Below, piece after piece: positions 44,901-56,900 of a DNA stretch of 64,000 nucleotides (within the stretch, counting starts at the first letter, position 1; every line of letters starts with the position of its first letter). Location: the NCBI RefSeq assembly GCF_037042905.1, contig NC_087247.1, forward strand, positions 53,506,001 through 53,570,000, written 5' to 3'. Below the pieces are notes generated by a model. It did not search any database. It was not told the origin of the DNA and saw only the letters and a list, made by a program, of their open reading frames with translations. This stretch comes from Lytechinus pictus. Lineage: Eukaryota. The position numbers and the translations under genes are program-made.

Positions 44901-47900
44901 GATCCTTTGATTCATTGCGTTATGGACCATATGGATCACAATTCGAAGATAATTTCTGTCCATGATGCAAAAGATAGTAAGCAATTGAACCTTGTCAATC
45001 TTATTAAAGAAAATAGAGTTCAAACATTGAAGAATAGGTGTATTACATATAAACATCGTAGTTTGCAGGGAATCTGGATACCATTGTCATTTCATAAGCT
45101 TGGCAGAAAAATACTACAAAATGGAGAATACAGGAACATGTAGCATCCCTGCATCAAACATAATTTAAAAATATAAAAATCTCTAAAAAAGCAAAAATCT
45201 GTTATTACATTGGTACTTCATGCCTTTTTTTAATGTAAGAGGAGATTACCTGATTTTGCTATCATAGGCCCCATAGAACATGTTCTGCCTGGCAACCCAA
45301 TCTGTTAGTACATAATGTAGTGCTGGTTTGCCCGTTGGTCCAGGAACTGTGAATAAGAATTCTAGAACATCATGTAGTCTGGTATGCATCAAGTGGGCAA
45401 AGACCATGATCAATGACTGAGGATGGAAGATGGAAAGAGATGGGAAAACAATGTGAATGTAATTAACAATTCTAGAACATCACATAGTATGGACAAAGAC
45501 CATGAATAAAGACACAGAGTCAAGTAAATAATAGGCAGAAAACAAACACAACAACAGTGGGAAGATGAGGCCTTTGGTACAAAAGGACAGAAAAAACCGA
45601 GAGAGGAAATGGAAATAAAAGAAAGATGGAAATAATGGTGGCAAACGGGAGAGCATAGAATGCTATGATTATTACAGCTAGTATATAGGCCTACTTTTGG
45701 TTAAGGTATACATCCCCAAATGTCATTGAATCTACAGTCACATTACAATTTGGCTGACTGGTACGTCAAATTTTTTATTGTCAATTATCATTTTGAAAAT
45801 TTTAATATAACAATTTGATGTACAGGTGTCCACTGCTTAAGTATTTAAGAGTCTAAATCCCTTCAAAATGAAAAGTGGACAGAATATGTGTTATGAAAGA
45901 AAGCTTGGTAGTCAATGACTAAATAATATGGTAACATGAAAAGAGTATCTAGCCATACCTGCATAACACTTAATGTCTCTGTAACCTGCATCTTGCTAAG
46001 GACAGCTCTAAGTATCAAATCTTGGTCGTTCCCTAACGTGTTCCCTGCTTTTGATATCAACATGGCTACCAGACGACCTACATACGAGGCTGTGTACTCC
46101 GACGTCTGAGGACTAAGCAATCTAGAAATGACCTCACAGACATAGTAGGTTCCGCTATTACCACCTTCATCATGCCAAGCTTGAACCTGCTCCAACGATA
46201 CAGAGATGTACCCCCTCATGCACTCACCACCACTCTGCGAATAAGGAAAAAATATTAAATAATAACATATTTACCTTATCAAGATTTCAAGTTTGATGTT
46301 GAAACTGGTAGCTCATTCTTGCTCCAACACCAAATGTCGGACCGATCACATAATAACTAGATAAAAAGAAAAAAAATTACCAGGGTAAAGCATTCATTCA
46401 CAGAACTAGTTGAATTAAATATAACATATATTTTAATACCTGCATGACAGCACTATCATCTGATCTGCGTGTACAATGAGCAACAGCTGGGAAACCTTGA
46501 TTCATCAAAAGGTCTGATAGAGGAACAGGAGAGCTCCGAACTATTGTACATAAGATATCCATAGCAGCCTACAAAGCAATAACAAATATGACAAGATATT
46601 TAGAAAATTTGGTACTACAAAATATAAAACAATGCTCAAAAGTTTTTTTTTTACTAGTAACAAAATATATATTCAATCTCATTGAACATTTCATTTTATC
46701 TTCAAATATAATATTCGTTGGAATGTTTTTTTAATGAATTAACCTTTAAATTAATGAGATTTCTTTTCGAATACTCCTTGTCTTGATATCAACATTCATC
46801 TGCTCACATGCCTAAGAAGACCTATGGTTTTATATGGAATATCTTTCTACCTCCTTCTACAAAACCAATATTTTTGCCTTGCGAGTATGGTTTCGTGTCT
46901 ATGCACCAGCAAATATAATTGTCTAGGAATTGCAAATTATAATCAAATTTTTAACATCCATCATGGATCAAAATCCACAACACACATTCTATACATTACT
47001 TAATATGTAGGTCTATTTCTACTCTAACCCCTAACATTTGATAATGTATATGCGCTGCTGAATAAAACCTGCATTTCAATGCCCAGGAGCAACTCTGCTC
47101 AAAATATGAGACCCAATTAGAATTATTAATTGAAAATTGAAACTAGTAAAATATTATCATCACATCCTACACATTGATTTTACATAGGAGAGGAAAAGAT
47201 AACCTACTGACTGAATACCCATTGGAACTTTGTCAGAGGCGGCATTGAAGATACTTATGAGCGTTGGTATTAAGCGTTCTTGAAGCTGCTGCGAACATGC
47301 TGGATTGCGACACAACTCTTTGTAGATGTCTTGCACTAAGGATATTAATAAGGGGTCTGAAATCCAAAACAAAATAAAAACACTAAATCAGCAAAGGCTC
47401 TATTCATAAAATATTGAAGTTTTGTTATATTACATGCTAGAAATGAAGGCTACAAATTAACAGCAAATTAGAACTTGCACTCGTAGAAAACATTTCAATA
47501 GCATTGAGCATATCTGCATGGTCTATTAATATATCAGTTGTTCTGTAGGAAAATTCTAATACACTTAATCTTTTATAATATATATTTTTTCTTCAGTGGT
47601 AGTTTAAAGAATTACTTACCTTGACTATATTTAAGGAAGACTGCATTTGCTAGAGGAGTGACCCGACTCTCACACTGTGCTGTGAAATTGTCATCTATCT
47701 GTAATGAAATACATCGGAATTGAATGATTGTTAGTACTGCATTTATAAATATTATCATTATCATGATCAATGTGAATATAATTTTATCATGATTTAGCTA
47801 ATAGCTCTTTGCACTGAAAGAATATCCAGTCAACAACTCCCAAATTTCCTAAATCAAATTGGTTTTGACCATTTACTTAAACTTTTAAAATATTTGAAAT

Positions 47901-50900
47901 ACAACCTAACTTGTATGAAAAAGACCCTGTTGGACTCTATTGGTGACAAATCAAACAGGATTTAATAGACAGTGATCAATATTGGCAGGGACTTAGAGGG
48001 CTAGTGGCTCATTTCTGGTGGATTCAGTATTTGTATCTCTTCTGCCATCTTCATGGGTAGTAATATTATTTAGACTCTATGATTACTTCCTATTTTCCTC
48101 TTATCTCATTAACATTTTTCCAAAATATCCTAGGACACAAGAAAGACCTTCATTCATCTTCATTTTTCAATGCTCCTAATCTCAGACTGCTCCCCATATA
48201 AGAAAGTAATATAAAAAAAAAGGAAACGGTTATAAACATAACTTCTATCAAGTACTCACGGTAAGTACAATGCTAACTGTCTCCAAGACTAGAGAGAGGA
48301 TATCTGAGCCGAACTGGGCGCATGTGGCAAGCTGAACTAAACCTTCCATGATGGGTAATAAGAATGGGGTCAGGATAGTAGTACTATTGGCACCCTTCAG
48401 GTGCTCACAGAAGCCATAGATGGCACGCACGGCAGATATCCGAACAGAAGGAGGGTGGGGTTCGTGGAGACCCGTCACAGTGAATTGTAAAAAACTAGGC
48501 GAAAAGAAACAAAACATTTATATTATAACGTTCTTGTACTTTGTTTCGCATGAACTGATTCGATGTGATCAGGCATGGCAAAACCCCAAAAAAGTCAAAC
48601 AAACCCAAAAGGCTGTTTCAACAGTTTTTAATTAGACTAATAATTTGTAATTTTGGATTATGTTGCAATTTGTTCATCTACCTGAAAACCAAAGTATTCC
48701 CCCTATTTTCAACTCCTATAAACTTGATAAACTCTCGTATTAACATTTCTCTGAAATCATGAACAGGGTGTGCCTAATTAAATGGTGTAACAACTTTAGA
48801 GTTAATAAGATGGACCCTTTTGCCAAAGTCTGAATGAATTCTAATACGGCACTTTGACAGAGAAGGGGAGATCGGGGTTAGTTGGAACGCCGGGTAAGTT
48901 GAAACATTGTAATTTTCTTTAATGCCTGTAAAATAAATTTATACAATACTGCCCTCAATTTATTGCTATTAATAATACAACAGTGTTGTCTTATTAATAG
49001 CAATAACTTGAGGGCAGTATTGCATAAATTTATTTTACAGGCGTTAAAGAAAATTATAATGTTTCAACTTACCCGTTCTCCCCTATATAAGGCCTGCTTT
49101 TACAACTTTGCTCATTCTCCTGAAAACGACAAGAACACACTTGTCTAAACATCGAGTTTGGGTGGTCCTTTTCAGGACCAACACTTGCCCAAGAGAGATA
49201 CGTGGTGTATCGTGAAACCTACTACACTATTCTTCTTTGCCATGGAAACCTCCAGAAATTACATAATTCTAATCCTCTTTTGTCATCTTTGCACAATAGT
49301 GTGAGGGTAATTGTGCTCGAAGACTTGTCAACTTTAATTCCTCTGTTTTTCTCAATGGTAAAGTTCTATGATAGTGAACATTCTTCTCTTTGCAAGGAGG
49401 GCTCAGATCATCAAATAGTAAGCTACGTATGATCTTAAAGCTGAGAATCTCCTCTTTCAGTGGGGAGGTTAAACTGAAATTATTTTCTGGCAAGTCTTGG
49501 TGGATTTTACCATGCCTGGTCACATATTTACATGATTCTATATATGTATGTAGAGATCTTTTTTTCATTGAGTTGCTTGGTCACTTTTAAAATCAGTTCA
49601 ATAAATTTTGATACCCATGTCTCGCCTTCACCTCCAGTGGGTGAGACAGAAATGGGAAATAGGAAAAGCTGGTTGTCTTCCTTCATTCTTTATCAAAATT
49701 GTTCATTGTTTACAATGTCTCCCATAAAAGGAGGGGCATTATTAAGCACCATTTGTATCGAAAATGGCGCTTTGAAATCTCAAGGTTTGAAAAAAAATAT
49801 GCATGGGCGATCACCATAGACATCACAAACATAAATGAATTTGGAATTTTTTTTTTTTTTAAATGACAAGATAATCTTCTAATATCACTAGTATAACGTT
49901 TGAATTTGTATTTCAATTAGGGCAGAGTAATGTCGAAAATGTTCCTTTTTGGATTTTGACGGTGTTGTACTGGTCTGAAACAAGTTATCCAATAGATGGA
50001 TAACAGAAATCTGAACACAGCATTTGAAATGATTAAAATTCATTTTCAATATACATGTATAGAAAAAGGTGTCCCAAAAAGCCTCAAAGGCTTGAAAAAA
50101 GGGAAACCAAGAGTAAAATATAAGAATGATTATAGAAAATGATTCACAAATTGAGCAGAGTACCGGAATGTGTCGCCGCAACAGTAACATTAACCACCAT
50201 GATTTTACGAACTATATACTAGGCCTAAGAAGGATAAGCATGCCATGCCTTCTTACTTTCCTAACAGTAACTTTCATTTCATGACAGGTATATTGTTGTT
50301 TTAAGGGGGAAAAAATGAGTTGTTGCAAGGTAGATTTACTTTACTCTTACAGAAATACCCTGATGAATTCATGCCTGAAATATCTTATTTCATCTATCAA
50401 TTTGTCCCTCAATAGTTTTGATCTGATATGTGCAACTCTTGCCATATTCCAATAAAATATACAATACATTTATATTTTTACAACTAGTAGAAACTCACCT
50501 TTCTACTAACTCTGGTGTCATTGCTTGTGAATATCTACTTGCCATCCATAATGCTCTGCCTAATAAAAATGGTGATACTACAGGAGGGGGATACAAGAAA
50601 AAGAAAGGGAAAATGCATTAAAATTATTTATACCATATATTTCAAATTCTGTTGTTTTTTGTTTTTATAACAGGCATATATTTCAAATTCTGTTTTTTAT
50701 GACAGGCATATATTTCAAATCCTGTGTTTTTTTAATGACAGTTACAAAAGATTTAACAGGAAATTGGAGTAAATGTGTTTAACTTGCCCTTATTTCATAC
50801 TCCTTTCTTCCCATATTTCGACGCTAATTAAAAACAAAATTAGTATGATATTGTTTGAGAGTATTGTCAGAGCTGGTACCCAGGTAAGTATGAAAATGGC

Positions 50901-53900
50901 AAATAAATTCAAATACTAGACTTCTTACCAGTTTGTTGAAGATCTTCTAGAACTGTTGTTGTAAGGAATCCTGATAAGTTGAATGTCAGCTTTCCTTTAC
51001 CTACTTTGTCAATAATGAGTGATTTGATAGAACCTAACCCTAATAAACAAGATTCATGCACCTTCCACCTTCAATAAAAAGAGAGAGAAATGAGAATAAA
51101 TATTAATGAAAATGAAAACAAAAACTGAAAAGTCATCTAACTAAATAAACAAGATTGGTCTTAAGATCAGGTTAAGTTTGATTATTGAGATTCAAATTTG
51201 TAACAAGTTATATGTAGCACTCACAATAGTAGAATGATGTCATGTAACAATATTTGGAGAGGGTATTTCATTAAGCTATTTTTTTTTAAATATTTGAACT
51301 TTTTGTAAGTTTAAAATATAAAACCAAAATTGGTTTCTCAATTACCTATAGCCATCTTAACAGAACATTCAATAAATAACAAATGATATTGGATTGATCA
51401 CTGCATCTTTTTTTCAATACCATTATCAATTTTCTTTCTCAAGGCCAAATTCTACAGATAACAATTTCAATGTCAAATTTATTTTTCTTTAGAGGAATTG
51501 ACTACAGATTATGCAGCTATGCCTTTAAAATTTTTGAATTATTCTAGCAAGAATGGTTTGATGATCAAACGCTTGGCTTACCAATGATTATGTCCTTGAG
51601 TTTTAGCATGTTGAGCCTCTTGTAGATGTCTGTCTAAGGCTGCCATTAAACCATGTGATGTCTCCTGGGGAAACTCACTACCTAATGACTATATTAAGAT
51701 AAACATAGAGGTAAGCCAATGGTGACAATCTCTTTTGCTTTATCTTCACATTTATTGGACTTATATTGGTTGTTGCACATAGAATTTAATAGGTGATCTT
51801 GACTTGTTGATGCAACAGTAGCATGATGCCTTATATACCACACCGATCGGGGGTTAAATGCAATTTCAGACTTTCCATTTGGTCAGATATCCACTGAAGA
51901 ACTTCATACTGATAATCATTTATAACAAGCAGTTCAGTTATACATGAACATATAATAACTATGGTTCATAAAGATATTTCCCATTGAAGTCCAGGGGCTG
52001 TTTAAAAAAGCTGTTAGTTACCTATAACTTTACTCATGACCCATGGCTGTGCACTATCCTGCACTCTGACATCACACTTAATGTACTATCCTGCACTCTG
52101 ACGTCATACCAAATGCACTCTCCTGCAATCTGACGTCGCGTACATAATGATCAGCTCGGCAGTGCGGACGATCGAAAGTCGAAGTTCACGCCAACGAATT
52201 CGCAACAGAAATTCCAGTTGCACTGCGTGTACATTGTAGACCAATACACAGGCAATAAAGCATGTCATACGCGCTTGTGATTTCAGTCAGCTACTCGTAC
52301 GTCAACGTAGCGCAATCACGACTTTTGTTGAATAGCACCTAAGAACATGTTCCGGTCATAACTGGTGACCCTTCCTTGTGCTAAATGATCCGTATGTAGC
52401 TGACTTAGCACCTAAGAGTAAGTTCTGGTCATAACTGGTAACCCTTCCTTGTGCTAAATGATCCCTATGTAGCTGAATTAGCACCTAAGAATAAGTTCCG
52501 GTCATAACTGGTAACCCTTCCTTGTGCTAAATGATCCCTATGTAGCTGACTTAGCACCTAAGAATAAGTTCCGGTCATAACTGGTAACCCTTCCTTGTGC
52601 TTAATGATCTCTATGCAGCTGACTTAGCACCTAAGAATAAGTTCCGGTCATAACTGGTAACCCTTCCTTGTGCTAAATGATCCCTATGTAGCTGACTTAG
52701 CACCTAAGAACATCTTCTGGTCATAACTGGTAACCCTTCCTTGTGCTAAATGATCCCTATGTAGCTGACTTAGCACCTAAGAATAAGTTCCGGTCATACG
52801 GGTAACCCTTCCTTGTGCTTAATGATCCCTATGTAGCTGACTTAGCACCTAAGAACATGTTCCAGTCGTATGTAGAATCATGTGTAACTTAATGTACAGC
52901 TTTATGAAACACCACCCAGGAATTGCTTGATGTTTCAAACTCACCAATAGTAGATCTTGGGCTGAGATCCGTACACTGTATGAGAAAGTATCATCATCTT
53001 CATCTTCAACAAACTGATTTGGATCAGCAGTCCACTGGTAAACCTAAATATCATTATTAAAGCAAAATGTGTTCATACAAATAACATGCAAACACACACT
53101 TTATAGAGTAGAAAGGAAAATGCTACTCTGTTTTATACAAAGGAGATAATTAAAGTGACAGGTAAAACTATTGGGAAAAATTAACTAATTACAATCCCTC
53201 CAAATTCTTGAAATACTTGAAATATCTGGGAAAATTGGTATAAAAATAGGATATCATCTACTTAAGTGTCCTTAGTGGATACAAAGACTTTAAAAAAAAA
53301 ATCATATCTTTCATGATCATATAAAAATCATGGATAAGAGTTTTTTAGCACACTTATAATTAAAAGCAGGTCAGCTATTATATCAGAATAAAAGAACAAT
53401 ATTGTATTGTCTTATTTTGTTGATAAACTATGCTTGACTAATGTTGTATTCTTTTGATGAGAACCTCAAATTGTTCATATTTAGTGAAATGGGAGTGAAT
53501 TACCTATAACCCTTATCAACTTTGACAAATTATACAAATTGCATTCAGATATTCAGATGCTTGTTGATACAAAATTTTAATCTACAAAAATTGGATTCTA
53601 ACTATAGCTGATGGGAGTTTAAGTAATTGGCACCTGTAAATTGTGCATAACTTACAAAGAGATTTATGAAACAGTGCCCCATATAACTTCTAATTATTCA
53701 ATAGTCTTATCCCATCCCCTCATACCTGCTCTTCTGTGATCTGCATGTAAAGAATCACATAGTATAGAAGATCATCACACAATTTGCGTACAGTTCCTCT
53801 GAACTTGGGTGAATCTATCATAGCTGATACAAAGTCAAATATACTGAATACAAGGTTCTCAAAGCCCAACACTTCACCTGCAAATGAATAGATAAAAAAA

Positions 53901-56900
53901 TGCATGAATAAAAAGAAACAGATGGAAAATGAATTTAAAGTGGGGCATAAGGTAAAGTAAATCCATTATAAAATGAATAAAAACAAATAAATGTTTGCAT
54001 AACTACAAAAAATGAATATTATCAAATCTCTTCATGTCGGAGGAAGAATGCCTGTAACACCACACTTTCGCATCGCATGCGCGCAAATTCGCCCTTTGCA
54101 GCATACATAAGAGCATTGCATAAGGGCCCTTCTGCACCAATGCAGTGTAAAAAAATGTTTTGCTGAGGTGTTCTTGCACCGATATGACAATCTTTTTCAA
54201 TCAAACCTGAATTTCCAACAACATACTTTTTAATAAAAAAATATAAACAACCTGACAACTTGACATAGACAACAGCCGATAGTTAGTGAGTAGATGAAAC
54301 AGAAATGGGACAACTTTCTTCTGCAACAGTTCTTAATGTTTAGGCATATACTTGCAACAGAATACAAGTGTAATGATTATGAGGTGAAATATTGTATCAT
54401 GTGTAGAAAAATTACAATTATGGGGGGAAAAAATACAAACTCTTTAAGTACAATAAGCTTGACAAATTTTTACCATCTGAATCAACTGGATCATCAGCTT
54501 CTTCAGTATCATTGATGACAGTCCTGACATAGATGTCTGCACTGTCTGTGAGAGTCTTCCATGTAGCCTGAAGTACAGCTGGCATGGACTTGGTAATTTG
54601 ACCAGGGAAACACTTCACTATCACTGTCAGTGCCTGAACAGCAAATGAATCATTTATTAAAAAAAAAAAGTGTCATATATGAGAGGTATGCATATGATTG
54701 ACGAAACCAATTTCAATGTATTCCTGAGAACTTACATAAATGACGAGATGAAAAACTGTAAAACAAAAGAAGAGGATTTGAATTGATTGAGTGGATAATT
54801 GCAGGTACCTGTATGAAGAGAAGTTCTAACCATAACAACCATTCCATTACTTGTATATTTGTCTATTTCTTGCAAAAATGAATTAGCTGAGATTTAGCTC
54901 CTATCTAGAATTACTTACAAAAAAGGGAGGTGTGGAAACAAAGTAAACAATGATAGTGTCATTGTACCTTACTTTCTCCTTTCGTATGTTATGTCACTAT
55001 CATCTTATTTTATCCTATCTTATCTTATTCTATTTCCTTCCCTTTTTTTGTTGCTAACTTGGTATTTATCCTCCACTTTAATTTCTTAAATTACTCATTT
55101 ACCAGGGGTTGTTTCATGAAGCTGTTTGGAAGTTAAACACAACTTAATAAATGACTTGAACATTTTCTTGGACAACTGTTCAGATTCTAAATCGTTTGTA
55201 CTCCTATCGGCTAAAGTTAAAATCTGATCTCTTTAGATTAACCCTTATTAAACTGGGGGGGGGGGGGGGGGGTCAATTTGGCCCCCCCTCAACAAATTTC
55301 GTCACTATGCCGTCACACAAAATTCTTTGACCAGGCCGCTCACAGACTTTTTACCTTCAAGTCTTGCGCATCTTTTGAGATCAAAATTGCGATGCCCGGG
55401 TACACGGTTCCAAAATTACGCAACATTTTGTAAGTCAGACCCAAAATTGATCAAAAACGTGATTCTGTGAACAAAGACAATGCAAATTGTGTTTTTCAAC
55501 CAAAAATCATAAATGTATGATTATTTTTACTTTTGTTGGTTTAAATAGATTCATTTTATGCTATTGATGATCGCAAAATGGTCCCCGACAAAGTTCATTG
55601 GAAAAAACAATAAAAAACCAAGGTTAAAAAAAAAAGATATATATAAGAATTTAAAAAACAATAAATACATAAGAAATTAATAATATTTTTTTTGGATGTT
55701 TGTTAGAAATGTAATAATTGATACTCCCACCAAAAATTAGCATTCTACTAGCTATATAAATTGAGTTAAAGGCAAAAACATACAAAAAAAACAAATTTAG
55801 GGCAAATTTCATACGCTTATTTGCATAATTAATTAATTAAAATATAAACACTAAATTTTTTGAAAATTTTACCCTACAGTCTTGTAGTTTACATCCGACT
55901 CTATGCGTGTGCAAATTTTCGCGGCGATCGCATGATCAGCAGCCGAGATCTTAGGGGTCAATTTGACCCCCCCCCCAGTATACACTGGTCTGAAATAGCC
56001 CAGTTAAGATAGGGTTAAAATTATTTTTGACAAGCATCTGAATGCAAAAGTTATTATTGATCAAATCTGATTAGGGTTATAGGAAATTTTGTCACATTTA
56101 CTGAAACATCAGTGAATTTCAGAAAAAACATAGTGTTTGTATCTTTAAATGTCTGTATACATTTGCATATTTTCAATGAAATCATTGAATGATAAACCTC
56201 AACCAAAATTTAAATTTTATTTCATCTTACCTTTATGATTTCTTTCTTGAGACCACTATCCGACACTGAGCTATCAGTGATAGTCAAAGCCTTGACAAAT
56301 TCCTCCATAAATCCATTCAGTACTGGATACAATAACTTCTTGGCTGCTCCCTATCAACATGAAAGAAATGCCATTATGCAATGAATTACCTGAGGAAAAG
56401 AGAGGACTCTCATTCATAAACAGCAGTGTCTTACAAACAGCTGTGATAGATTCAAATTAAATTTGATTGATATCAAATTGTGTAATTAGACATAGTAATT
56501 CAAATCAATCTCAATTTGACCAACTATCAGAAAGATTATGTACTTTCTCAAGGAATTTTGAATACATTTAAAATGGAAGAAAAAATCCCCAGATGTTAGT
56601 CTTGCTAAAATTAATCAGAAGCACAAAATTACATTCCAAGCCTCTATGAGGATTTCGAGGCATCCATCCAATAGAGACGAGTTCCTCAATCTTGTATGGT
56701 TGTACTCTCACACCAAATTGTCCTTTTTTTTGCCTTGGCTTTGTCATCTCTTCACCATTGATAATTAACTAAAGTCTTTAAGATCAGTCATATTACCTTA
56801 GCAATGGAGGCAATGTTATAGATGAGAGTTGCACAAGTATTAAAGATTTCTACAGCCCTGGCTCTGGTTCTTATCGTATATGTGCCACTTTGAACAAAGA

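Noticed and set aside
52333-52868. CRISPR-like regular array
   Set aside because: Units are wholly repeated with no unique spacers, no cas genes, and the context is a eukaryotic intron
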